Shown here piece by piece: positions 37,892 through 46,990 of a stretch of 64,000 nt of DNA. This DNA is from Candidatus Kerfeldbacteria bacterium (GTDB lineage Bacteria > Patescibacteriota > Patescibacteriia > UBA10025 > JAHIVO01), in contig JACROE010000002.1 of assembly GCA_016214565.1 (NCBI GenBank), positions 728,007 through 792,006 of the forward strand, written 5' to 3'. The position numbers and the translations under genes were made by a program. The notes beneath the pieces were generated by a model. The model ran no database searches. It saw nothing but the letters and a program-made list of their open reading frames with translations, and had not been told where the DNA came from. Within the stretch, counting starts at the first letter, position 1. Every line of letters begins with the position of its first letter.

Positions 37892-39193
37892 ATGGATATA
37901 CAATCTATACCTCAAACCTCAGCGCCGAAAGGACCATCACGTGGATTGTCACAAAACATTACCATGACGATTGGCATGTTTCGCACTTTGCTCGTGGTTG
38001 TAATTATTTTTTGTATTATTATTGGTGGAGCATCAGCTATGTTTTTTTCCGGATGGATGCGGGCTGATTCGAATGTGGCAGGGTGGATTGATCAGCACAT
38101 TTTCAACAACAAGACAGGTGACACCAACCTTTCTTTACAAAAGACATTGCAGGTGACGACGGAAGAGTCAGCGACGATAGACGTGGTCAAGGCAGCGTCG
38201 CCGGCGGTGGTCAGTATTATTATTTCCCAGGATTTAAGTAAACTCTACAGTCAATCAGAACTATTTCCATTTGAAGACTTTTTTGGGTTTGGCACGAATA
38301 TCCAGCCACCCCCGCCGGAAGGAAAACAAACGATCGGTGCAGGGACTGGGTTTATCATAGAAGCTGACGGCTTAATCGTTACTAATAAGCATGTGGTATC
38401 TGATGAAAGTGCCGAATATACGGTAGTGCTTCAAGATGGCACCCAGCATACTGCCACGGTGCTTGATACTGATCCATTGAATGATTTAGCCGTACTCGAC
38501 ATTGAGGCGACTGATTTACCGACACTTCAATTGGGCGACTCAGACAGTCTACAGATTGGCCAATTTGTCATTGCCATTGGCAATACCTTAGGTGAATACA
38601 GCAATACGGTTACTCGTGGCGTGGTTTCGGGCTTATCTCGTACCGTTACCGCGGGTGATGGCAATGGATCATCAGAAACGCTTGAAGATATTATTCAGAC
38701 GGATGCCGCCATCAACCAAGGGAATTCTGGTGGGCCGCTCCTGAACCTGAACGGGGAAGTGATTGGCGTTAATACGGCAGTTAGCCGAGAGGGGCAATTA
38801 GTTGGATTTGCCATACCCATCAATCAAGCGAAATTGGTGATTGACAGCGTCCGTGAATTTGGGAGGATCGTACGTCCGTACCTCGGCGTGCGTTATATCC
38901 CGATTACCAAAGAAATCGCCGAACGTAATTCATTAGCCGTTGATTATGGCGCATTGATCGTCAGGGGTGAACGAGCCGCTGATCTAGCGATCGTTCCCGG
39001 CAGCCCAGCGGATAAAGCGGGGCTGCTCGAAAATGATATAATTTTAGAATTAGAGGGACAGCGCATTGATGAGGACCACAGCTTGGTGCAGGCATTGCAA
39101 TCACATGCGTCAGGTGATACGGTTACCCTGAAAGTATATAGTAAAGGCGCTGAGAAAACAGTTACGGCGACACTTGAAGAATTACCTGATTAA
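37892..39193 (+). CDS. htrA: HtrA/DegP-family serine protease with PDZ domain
   Basis: TNKHV, DLAVL, QTDAAINQGNSGGPL triad motifs; PYLGV PDZ; N-terminal TM helix. Confidence 0.95.
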   Translation: MDIQSIPQTSAPKGPSRGLSQNITMTIGMFRTLLVVVIIFCIIIGGASAMFFSGWMRADSNVAGWIDQHIFNNKTGDTNLSLQKTLQVTTEESATIDVVKAASPAVVSIIISQDLSKLYSQSELFPFEDFFGFGTNIQPPPPEGKQTIGAGTGFIIEADGLIVTNKHVVSDESAEYTVVLQDGTQHTATVLDTDPLNDLAVLDIEATDLPTLQLGDSDSLQIGQFVIAIGNTLGEYSNTVTRGVVSGLSRTVTAGDGNGSSETLEDIIQTDAAINQGNSGGPLLNLNGEVIGVNTAVSREGQLVGFAIPINQAKLVIDSVREFGRIVRPYLGVRYIPITKEIAERNSLAVDYGALIVRGERAADLAIVPGSPADKAGLLENDIILELEGQRIDEDHSLVQALQSHASGDTVTLKVYSKGAEKTVTATLEELPD

Positions 39194-39623
39194 TCATATT
39201 TATATGCCAAAAGGAGAGCACATGAGTGAACCTGTAGACGAAGCGCTAGCCCTGGAAGCCGAGTCGCATCCTGAGCTGCAAGAAGCTCGTGCCATGCTTG
39301 AGGAACTGTATGAATTAGCGCACGAGTTAGATCCGGAAGGGACGCGATCGTATGCTCAGCTCCGTGACAGCAGCAAGATGTTTCGTAAGTTGACCACCTC
39401 GCTTCAGCATACGATTGAAATGGGGGGCGCGCCGGCAACCGCCGCGCATTTACTTGAAGCTATTGTTGAGAACATCATCGATTATCACTCTGCGCACGAA
39501 TTTGCGCGAGCGATGACTGATCCGCGGCATTTGGTGAGCGGAAGTACCGAATTCGAATTGTATACTCACTTGATGGCTGGTTTGCGGGAAAATATGAAAC
39601 AGGACATGCCCGAAGCTGCCTAA
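39174..39623 (+). CDS. Hypothetical acidic helical protein (start may be 39204 or 39222)
   Basis: The ORF fills the htrA-prfB gap on the coding strand; no motif recognised. Confidence 0.7.
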   Translation: MKNYLINHIYMPKGEHMSEPVDEALALEAESHPELQEARAMLEELYELAHELDPEGTRSYAQLRDSSKMFRKLTTSLQHTIEMGGAPATAAHLLEAIVENIIDYHSAHEFARAMTDPRHLVSGSTEFELYTHLMAGLRENMKQDMPEAA

Positions 39624-39667
39624 GGCAGACCTGGCGAGATTTCCTATTTTCCGGTAGGATATGGGGT

Positions 39668-40768
39668 ATGAAAGAATTACTCGCGTCACTGGAGGAATTA
39701 CAATCAAAAATTGAACGGACCTGGAAGCTGCTTGATCTCGACCACCAGCGAGATGAAATGAAATCGCTTGAATTTGAGATGGCCGAGCCTGATTTTTGGT
39801 CGGATCCCGATCGGGCAAAAGCGAAAAGCAAGCGGCACGACGAGATTCAACGGGAACTGGATCAATGGGAGCGCATCCGTCGAGATGTGGAAGAAACCAA
39901 GCATTTGGCTGGCGATAGTATCGCGAGCGGAGATCATAGTTTGGCGGATGATATCACCAAGCGTCTAGCTGAACTGGAGCAGTCATTTACTTCGCTTGAG
40001 TTTTATCTGATGCTCTCTGATCGCCATGATACGCGCAATGCGATTGTGGCGATTCATGCGGGTACGGGCGGTGTTGACGCGCAAGACTGGGCGGCCATGC
40101 TGCTTCGGATGTATTTACGCTATATTGAAAAAAAAGGGTGGACCGCACGCGTCGTGGATGAATCAGCTGGTCAGGAAGCAGGCATCAAAAGCGTGACTTT
40201 CGAAGTGCAGGGACGCTATGCCTACGGTTATCTCAAGGCGGAAGCGGGCGTGCATCGTTTGGTGCGCATTTCACCCTTTGACGCAGAAAAAATGCGCCAT
40301 ACCTCGTTTGCCCTGGTTGAAGTATTGCCTGAGTTTGATGATACAGATGAGATACAAATAGCCGATAAAGATCTGCGGATTGACACGTACATGTCTTCAG
40401 GTAAAGGCGGCCAGTCAGTGAATACGACGTATTCCGCGGTGCGTATCGTGCATATCCCGACTGGCATCACCGTGACTTGCCAGAACGAACGCTCCCAACA
40501 GCAAAATAAAGCTACCGCATTGAAAATATTGAAGGGAAAGCTGCACGCCATTGCCCAGGCAGAACAGCAGGCTGAGAAACAAGCGCTGCGTGGTGAGTAT
40601 CAAGAAGCCGCCTGGGGTAATCAAGTGCGTTCGTATGTATTGCAGCCGTACCAGCTCGTCAAAGATCATCGGACGAAATATGAAGAACAAGATGTCAATC
40701 GAGTGCTGGATGGTGGCCTGGACAGTTTCATCGAGCAGCACTTACGTGAAACGATAAAGAGAGTATAA
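39668..40768 (+). CDS. prfB: Peptide chain release factor 2 (no programmed frameshift)
   Basis: SPF recognition tripeptide (RISPFD) and GGQ in a continuous reading frame. Confidence 0.97.
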   Translation: MKELLASLEELQSKIERTWKLLDLDHQRDEMKSLEFEMAEPDFWSDPDRAKAKSKRHDEIQRELDQWERIRRDVEETKHLAGDSIASGDHSLADDITKRLAELEQSFTSLEFYLMLSDRHDTRNAIVAIHAGTGGVDAQDWAAMLLRMYLRYIEKKGWTARVVDESAGQEAGIKSVTFEVQGRYAYGYLKAEAGVHRLVRISPFDAEKMRHTSFALVEVLPEFDDTDEIQIADKDLRIDTYMSSGKGGQSVNTTYSAVRIVHIPTGITVTCQNERSQQQNKATALKILKGKLHAIAQAEQQAEKQALRGEYQEAAWGNQVRSYVLQPYQLVKDHRTKYEEQDVNRVLDGGLDSFIEQHLRETIKRV

Positions 40769-40778
40769 TACCTGATAT

Positions 40779-42674
40779 ATGTGTGGAATTGTCGGTTATA
40801 TTGGCACCCGTGAAGCCAGACCTATCCTTTTGGATGGTCTGAAGCGTTTAGAATATCGGGGCTATGATTCCTCCGGTATTGCCACAGTGGGTGACGGCTT
40901 ATTGATTCGGAAGGCGGTCGGTCGCATCGCAGAATTGGAACGGCAGTTAGGTGGCATGCAATTTCCGGGATCAATCGGCATTGCCCATACCCGTTGGGCG
41001 ACCCATGGTGTCCCGTCAGATGCAAATGCCCATCCGCACACAGGGCAAGATGGGATTGTAGCATTGGTACATAATGGCATTATCGAAAATTACCGTTCGT
41101 TGCGCGAATTGTTGCAGCGGCAGGGACATACGTTTCGTTCGGAAACGGATACGGAGGTAGTGGCACATTTGATTGAGCGGTATCATAATAATCATTCGCT
41201 TGAGGAAGCGGTGCAAATGGCGCTGGTGCAACTGAAAGGCGCCTACGGTCTGGTAGTGATGAGCAGCAACGAGCCCGATACGTTGATTGCGGCTCGTAAT
41301 GGCAGCCCGCTCGTTTTAGGCATTAGTGAAGGTGAGTATTTTATCGCTTCAGACGCTGCGGCGTTACTGCCCTATACGCGTCAGGTGATTTATCTCAGTG
41401 ATGGGGAAGTGGCAATTTTGAAACGGCACACCTATTCAGTTCGCACGCTTGATAATCAAATTGTTAATAAGGAAGTTGAGCAGATTACCTGGGATCTGGA
41501 GCAGATTGAAAAGGGTGGCTTCCCGCACTTCATGCTAAAAGAAATTTATGAACAGCCGACCGCAATTCGCCAGACGCTGAGCGGCCGGGTGCACGCTGAT
41601 CGAGCGGCGGTTCGATTACGCTGTCTCAAGAATGGTTTTGTCGATGGAGTAGGCACGATTAATTCCATTAAGATACTTGCGTGCGGCACATCATGGCATG
41701 CCGGATTGGTTGGCCAGTTTCTCATGGAGAAGACACTCCGTATTCCGGTCACCTGCGAACAAGCCTCAGAATTCCGATATCGCCATCCGGTGATCGTTCC
41801 GCATTCCATTGCCATCGCTATTTCTCAGTCTGGCGAAACCGCGGATACCAAAGGTGCGGTGACACTGGCTAAGGAATTAGGCGCCTACACGCTGGGGGTG
41901 GTCAACGTGGTTGGTTCAGCGATTGCTCGCATGGTTGATGGCGGCGTGTATTTGCACGCGGGACCAGAAATCGGCGTGGCCTCAACGAAGGCATTTTCCT
42001 GCCAAGTAGTGGCATTGTCCATCCTCAATGTTGGCTTAGCTGAGATCCTTGATCGGGTCAAACCATTGCCTAATGGTAAGAAACGAATTGCCCCGGAAGA
42101 CGCAATCAAGATTGTAAATGAACTTGATCGATTACCGGACAAAGTACAGCGCGTGCTGGATAGCGTGTACGACCGCAACGGCACCGGCGGCATTGTCAAA
42201 AAAATTGCCCAGGCATTTGGCTCCAGCGATCATTTCCTATATTTAGGTCGCGGATATAATTATCCGATTGCCCTTGAGGGTGCGCTTAAATTGAAAGAAA
42301 TTTCTTATATTCACGCCGAAGGCTATTCCGCGGCGGAAATGAAGCATGGTCCGATTGCGTTGATTGATGAAAATATGCCGGTGGTAATTGTCGCCCCCCA
42401 GGACAGCGAGGAACCGCAGAGTTATGACAAAATCGTCTCCAATGCGGAGGAAGTGCGCGCCCGCGGTGGCCGTATCATTGCCATAGTGAACGAAGGGGAT
42501 GCCCAGATTTCAAAATTAGCTGAATGGGTGATTGAGATCCCTAATACTCTGGCACATCTTGTACCGGTTCTTGCCACAATTCCACTGCAGCTGCTTGCCT
42601 ATGAAATTGCTGTGCAGAAGGGGTTTGATCCGGATAAACCGCGCAATCTCGCCAAGTCGGTAACGGTGGAATAA
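40779..42674 (+). CDS. glmS: Glutamine--fructose-6-phosphate aminotransferase
   Basis: MCGIVG, LEYRGYDS, HTRWATHG, SQSGETAD, PRNLAKSVTVE. Confidence 0.98.
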   Translation: MCGIVGYIGTREARPILLDGLKRLEYRGYDSSGIATVGDGLLIRKAVGRIAELERQLGGMQFPGSIGIAHTRWATHGVPSDANAHPHTGQDGIVALVHNGIIENYRSLRELLQRQGHTFRSETDTEVVAHLIERYHNNHSLEEAVQMALVQLKGAYGLVVMSSNEPDTLIAARNGSPLVLGISEGEYFIASDAAALLPYTRQVIYLSDGEVAILKRHTYSVRTLDNQIVNKEVEQITWDLEQIEKGGFPHFMLKEIYEQPTAIRQTLSGRVHADRAAVRLRCLKNGFVDGVGTINSIKILACGTSWHAGLVGQFLMEKTLRIPVTCEQASEFRYRHPVIVPHSIAIAISQSGETADTKGAVTLAKELGAYTLGVVNVVGSAIARMVDGGVYLHAGPEIGVASTKAFSCQVVALSILNVGLAEILDRVKPLPNGKKRIAPEDAIKIVNELDRLPDKVQRVLDSVYDRNGTGGIVKKIAQAFGSSDHFLYLGRGYNYPIALEGALKLKEISYIHAEGYSAAEMKHGPIALIDENMPVVIVAPQDSEEPQSYDKIVSNAEEVRARGGRIIAIVNEGDAQISKLAEWVIEIPNTLAHLVPVLATIPLQLLAYEIAVQKGFDPDKPRNLAKSVTVE

Positions 42675-42698
42675 TTTGTCATTGGTGAGGATGTTCCC

Positions 42699-42728
42699 TT
42701 GACAAAAGGGCTTATTTTTTGGTAGGCT
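42699..42728 (+). promoter_or_regulatory. sigma70 promoter of orphan unit 1
   Basis: TTGACA-18-TAGGCT with a TG extension. Confidence 0.55.
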
Positions 42729-42735
42729 GAGCCAT

Positions 42736-42933
42736 AATGCAATTTGACATATCCAAGGTATGGTGGGGAAATGAGCAGAAAAGAAGCTGTAGGCGGTGAT
42801 CTTTTTTCGCCGTTCCCCCCGCCTTGGTAAACCGAGGTGAAAAAATAACGCAGTGATTTTTCATTGCATTCAAAAGACATTCAAAACCAACAACCACAAA
42901 CCTGCATCAGTATGAAAGGAGCAAGCTGATGCA
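42736..42933 (+). ncRNA. Candidate structured 5' leader RNA
   Basis: Long-range AATGCAAT/ATTGCATT helix, internal CCAAGG..GGGGAA/TTCCCC..CCTTGG helix, competing hairpins, and an SD-containing hairpin TGCATCAG/CTGATGCA. Confidence 0.5.
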
Positions 42934-42992
42934 CATCATTTCGGAAAAAAGCAACTTGAAACCTGAAACTCAATTCAGAAAGAAACACCGCC

Positions 42993-43313
42993 ATGGAACA
43001 AGACAATGGAACTGTCATAACTGCTCAAGAGGCAGTTGCCTCTGAGGCGCAATTGTTTGATTGTCCGCACGATGAGTGTGGAGCCTCTCAGAGTGTACAG
43101 ATTGTCGGAGAAGCTCATGTCACTTCAAAAGAACCGCTTGGGTACTGCGATAAGTGTAAGGGATGGACTATTGATAATCCTCCTGATATTCTTGTCGGAG
43201 GACCGGCCGGACTTAAGCAAAGACGGGGTGACTTGTGCTGCAAGTTTACCTTAAATGCAGCCGGACGGGCCCGAGGGCTTACTAAGGTAATCAATCCGCT
43301 CAATAAGACCTGA
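42993..43313 (+). CDS. Small Cys-rich (zinc-finger-like) hypothetical protein
   Basis: CPHDEC...CDKC...CC; bracketed by its own promoter and terminator. Confidence 0.7.
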   Translation: MEQDNGTVITAQEAVASEAQLFDCPHDECGASQSVQIVGEAHVTSKEPLGYCDKCKGWTIDNPPDILVGGPAGLKQRRGDLCCKFTLNAAGRARGLTKVINPLNKT

Positions 43314-43346
43314 GCACTTCGTTCCATTTTTCATTTTTCTCTCATG

Positions 43347-43384
43347 AGGCAGGATATCCAGCTGGATCCTGCCTTTTATTTTTT
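43347..43384 (+). terminator. Intrinsic terminator
   Basis: AGGCAGGAT/ATCCTGCCT stem followed by a T-rich tract. Confidence 0.8.
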
Positions 43385-43482
43385 ATCTCGTGAGAGATAA
43401 ATCTCTAACGGGATTTGACAGCGAGCTGTTGCTAGGTTAGTATTAGATTTATCAACCTTCCCATATTTTTGGGGAGGTTATT

Positions 43483-44991
43483 ATGTATCCACAAAAAGCA
43501 ACGATTTTTTTAGCAGGAGGAATTACACTGTTAGTTGGCGCTGCCCTAGGTCTCCTGTTTGAACTCCCGGTTGAAGCCATGATTGCTATTGGCGCTTCGG
43601 GGCTGGTTATTGCTGTTGTTCAACGTCGTTGGCGTGCCGGTTTACTGGTGGGTATTTGCTTGATTACGTTCGCGCTGGGGATGTGGCGATCATACGCGAG
43701 TATGACTGCGGCAGAGCAAGATGGACTGGTGCCATATCACGGTCAAACTATTTCGTTCATTGGTGTCGTTGACGCCGAGCCTGACGTGCGCAGCGATCAA
43801 GTAAAGTTGACCATTGCGGTGCAATCCGATGATGATGGTAATTTATTATCTGGTCTAATATTAGTCTCAGCGTTGCTGTACCCCGAATATCAGTATGGCG
43901 ACCGGCTCTGGATACGGTGCCGCATCGAGCAGCCGGGGATTATCCAGTCGGATGACGGGCGCGATTTTAATTACGGTCGGTATGTATCACTGTCACATAT
44001 CTATAGCGTTTGTTTCCGGCCGCAGATCAAACTGATCGACCGCGGGCAGGGCAGTCCACTGATATCAGGATTGATTCAGGTTAAGCAACAGTTTATTGAG
44101 CGTTTGACGCGGGTGATGGGTGAACCAGAGGCGTCGTTTGCCGCTGGATTGCTCGTTGGTGCCAAACAATCATTACCCGAGTCGGTGCGGGCTGCCTTTC
44201 GTATCACTGGCACGTCCCACATCATTGCGTTGTCTGGGTATAATATTTCAATTATTGCAATCTGCATTCAGAAATTATGCAGCACGTTTTGGTTGTCTCG
44301 CCGAACTGCTTTTTGGGTTGCCGTGGGAGTGATTATTTTTTTCGTGGTGATGACTGGTGCGGCTGCCTCAGTCACTCGAGCGGGGATCATGGGCGGCCTG
44401 GTGTTGCTGGCTCGGCAGTTGGGGAGGATGAGCCGCATTGCCCAAGCCCTTGTTTTGGCTGCGTGTATCATGATATGGATGAATCCGCCGGTACTTCTCT
44501 ATGACATCGGCTTCCAGCTGTCATTTCTCGCCACATTCGGCCTGGTATATCTTTCGCCATTGATTGAGCGATGGCTGAGATGGGTACCCGACCTGTTTGC
44601 CTTGCGCAGCAGTTTGTCTGCTACACTGTCTGCCATCGTCATGACCTTGCCGATCATTGTATATTATTTTGGCACTGTATCTCTGATTGCCCCGCTAGTT
44701 AATGTTTTAATATTGCCATTTATTCCGATTGCGATGGGCTTTGGGTTTGTCACGGGGCTGCTTGGGTTTGTGGTACCCATGCTGGCAGCATGGTTTGGTT
44801 GGCTGACCTGGGCATTGTTGCACGGCATACTTGTTCTCATCCGGTGGTGGGCTGGGTTGCCGTTTGCAGCAGTGCATCTTCCGGTCATTTCCATTGCAGT
44901 TTTAATTATCGCGTATCTCGTATTGGTGGTATGGCTGTGGTGGCTGCATAAAAAACCGCCGGCTGATGCACAACCGGCGGCGGCTCTTTGA
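43483..44991 (+). CDS. comEC: ComEC/Rec2 competence channel (OB and Competence domains, no MBL domain)
   Basis: GTSHIIALSGYN, SVTRAGIMG, NP..LYDIGFQLSFLAT; many TM helices. Confidence 0.95.
   Translation: MYPQKATIFLAGGITLLVGAALGLLFELPVEAMIAIGASGLVIAVVQRRWRAGLLVGICLITFALGMWRSYASMTAAEQDGLVPYHGQTISFIGVVDAEPDVRSDQVKLTIAVQSDDDGNLLSGLILVSALLYPEYQYGDRLWIRCRIEQPGIIQSDDGRDFNYGRYVSLSHIYSVCFRPQIKLIDRGQGSPLISGLIQVKQQFIERLTRVMGEPEASFAAGLLVGAKQSLPESVRAAFRITGTSHIIALSGYNISIIAICIQKLCSTFWLSRRTAFWVAVGVIIFFVVMTGAAASVTRAGIMGGLVLLARQLGRMSRIAQALVLAACIMIWMNPPVLLYDIGFQLSFLATFGLVYLSPLIERWLRWVPDLFALRSSLSATLSAIVMTLPIIVYYFGTVSLIAPLVNVLILPFIPIAMGFGFVTGLLGFVVPMLAAWFGWLTWALLHGILVLIRWWAGLPFAAVHLPVISIAVLIIAYLVLVVWLWWLHKKPPADAQPAAAL
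44950..44982 (-). terminator. Terminator of glpX-fba lying inside the comEC 3' end
   Basis: A-run followed by CCGCCGG...CCGGCGG, which reads as a hairpin plus U-tract on the minus strand. Confidence 0.7.
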
Positions 44992-44999
44992 AATTATTG

Positions 45000-46001
45000 T
45001 TAGGCAACGAATTCGCCTTTGACTGCGGCGTGGCTGGCCTGGAGCCGCTTAAGGAATACCGCTTGGGCTGCTGCAACATTTTCTGATTTGCCCAACCAAA
45101 CCTTCAGCGGCGGTTCCTGCAGCGCTCGGGCGTAGGAGAAGCTGATTTTCCATGGGCCATCATTGGCTTTTGCCACCGCGTTCAGATTACTGGTGGCTTG
45201 TTCAGGCGTTTGGCCGCCGGACAGGAAGACAATGCCCGGTACCTGTTGTGGGACTGATTTTTTGAAACAACGGATAGTAGCGGTTGCAATTTCCTCGGGT
45301 GAGGCTTGAGTTGAGCACTCTTTTCCACTAATGACCATGCTGGATTTCAGAATGACGGCGGTAAGGTCAACTCGATAATTTTCTAATTCTCGGAACATGA
45401 TTTCGAGGGTTTGCGTGGTCACCGCTTCACTGCGCGCCAGGTCGTGCGGTCCGTCGATCAATACTTCAGGTTCAACGATGGGCACGATACCGGCCTCTTG
45501 GGCGAGGGCGGCGTAGCGGGCGAGGGCATGGGCGTTGGCTTGCATGCAGGCGACGGTCGGGAGCCAATCACCGTCAATGGTTATGACCGCGCGCCATTTG
45601 GCAGCACGGCAGCCCTGCTGATAAAAAGCAGCAAATCGATCGCGGAGTTTATCCAGTCCATCCGTTACTTTTTCTCCCGGGTAGAGGGCAAGGTTATGAG
45701 CTCCCTTATCCACTTTGATGATCGGAATGACACCATGCTTCTTGAGTAGTTCAAGAAAGGGGGTGCCATCATCGGCAGACTGAGTCAGCGTTTCCTCGAA
45801 GAGGATAATGCCTGATAGATAGTTGCCGATATCCGGCGTGGTGAAAAAAAGGTTCCGGTATTGACGACGCGTTTCCTCGGTCGATTCGAGGCCGATAGAT
45901 TCGAGGCGCTTGGTGGCGGTCGAGACCGATTCGTCTGCTGCCAGAAATCCCTTATGGTCGGCGACTAAGGCTTGGGCAATGTCATGGAGTGATTGGTTCA
46001 T
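45000..46001 (-). CDS. fba: Class I fructose-bisphosphate aldolase (start taken at ATG 46001)
   Basis: GFLAADES, IKVDKG, AKWRAV, PIVEPEV, FLSGGQ, SFSYARALQ. Confidence 0.95.
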   Translation of the reverse strand: MNQSLHDIAQALVADHKGFLAADESVSTATKRLESIGLESTEETRRQYRNLFFTTPDIGNYLSGIILFEETLTQSADDGTPFLELLKKHGVIPIIKVDKGAHNLALYPGEKVTDGLDKLRDRFAAFYQQGCRAAKWRAVITIDGDWLPTVACMQANAHALARYAALAQEAGIVPIVEPEVLIDGPHDLARSEAVTTQTLEIMFRELENYRVDLTAVILKSSMVISGKECSTQASPEEIATATIRCFKKSVPQQVPGIVFLSGGQTPEQATSNLNAVAKANDGPWKISFSYARALQEPPLKVWLGKSENVAAAQAVFLKRLQASHAAVKGEFVA

Positions 46002-46005
46002 AATT

Positions 46006-46956
46006 TTATGATGATGCTTTATATGCGTCGTGATGGGTCGAAATATATCGAGCAGTGCCGGAAGATCCACGTAAGACTAACGAGTGCGTTTCGATGAATC
46101 GTTGGCGGGTGATGACTCCACGGAGGAGGGGTCCATCAATAATGCCGGTGGCAGTAAACGTCAATTGTCGGCCGTGGGCTAAATCCTCGGCGGTATAAAT
46201 TTTTTTGGTGTCATATCCCGCGTTAGCGATCACTGCAGCATGCTTGTCATTGGGCGGGGTAAATCGGGCGAGCAATTGGCCCCCCATAATTTTGACCGGC
46301 GCAGCGGCGAGGACTGCCTCGGTGCTTCCGCCGATGCCCATGACCATATCTATGTCATGTTCCGGCATGCAGGTAGCTACGGCTGTGGCCACGTCGCCGT
46401 CTGATACCATTCGGACCCGGGCACCAGCGGCACGGAGTTCCTCGACCAGGGACGTATGGCGGGGGCGGTCAAGTACCATGACGGTTATCTCTCGCGTGTC
46501 TTTGCCCAGCTTTTGAGCGACCTTTAATACGTTTTCGGTGGGAGTGGCATCGAGATCAATCACGCCCGCTGCTTCTGGACCAACTGCGATTTTGTTCATG
46601 TAGGTATCGGGCGCGCGAAAAAGCGAGCCGACTGGACCAGCCACGATCACGGCCATCGCATTGTACCGGCCGTGGGCTACGCTGTCGGTGCATTCCAGAG
46701 GATCGACGGCGATTTCCATAGCGGGACCGGCGCCGGTTCCAATAGTCTCGCCGACGTAGAGTTCGGGCGCTTCATCCTTTTGCCCCTCACCAATCACCAC
46801 GGTGCCAGCAAAATCAATCTGGTTAAATCGAGAGCGCATGGCATCGACTGCCGCTCCGTCGGCTTTCTTTGCTTCACCATAGCCAATCCACTCGGCCGCG
46901 GCGATTGCCGCAGCCTCAGTAACCCGAACAAATTCCAGTGCGAGATTTCTGTCCAT
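46006..46956 (-). CDS. glpX: Class II fructose-1,6-bisphosphatase
   Basis: RVTEAAAIAA, VIGEG.KDEAP.L, AVDPLECT, SDGDV, GIGGSTE, ATGIIDG.LL.GV. Confidence 0.95.
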   Translation of the reverse strand: MDRNLALEFVRVTEAAAIAAAEWIGYGEAKKADGAAVDAMRSRFNQIDFAGTVVIGEGQKDEAPELYVGETIGTGAGPAMEIAVDPLECTDSVAHGRYNAMAVIVAGPVGSLFRAPDTYMNKIAVGPEAAGVIDLDATPTENVLKVAQKLGKDTREITVMVLDRPRHTSLVEELRAAGARVRMVSDGDVATAVATCMPEHDIDMVMGIGGSTEAVLAAAPVKIMGGQLLARFTPPNDKHAAVIANAGYDTKKIYTAEDLAHGRQLTFTATGIIDGPLLRGVITRQRFIETHSLVLRGSSGTARYISTHHDAYKASS

Positions 46957-46990
46957 AGAGTAATGGTACCCGTAAATATCCTCAGCGTCA

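Noticed and set aside
39720-39745. Programmed +1 frameshift in prfB
   Set aside because: The site reads CTG CTT GAT in frame, with no CTT-TGA; the ORF is continuous.
40769-40778. glmS ribozyme
   Set aside because: Only 10 nt separate prfB and glmS. The structured RNA at 42736 is downstream of glmS and behind its own promoter.
42929-42993. Frameshift at the A6 run joining the uORF to the zinc-finger ORF
   Set aside because: The main frame has a TGA at 42957, downstream of the A-run, so slippage there cannot fuse them.
46002-46070. N-terminal extension of fba in the ORF track (likewise hisS 13100, methyltransferase 33035, DUF4430 35776)
   Set aside because: The extensions overlap upstream genes; downstream ATGs fit the family N-termini better.
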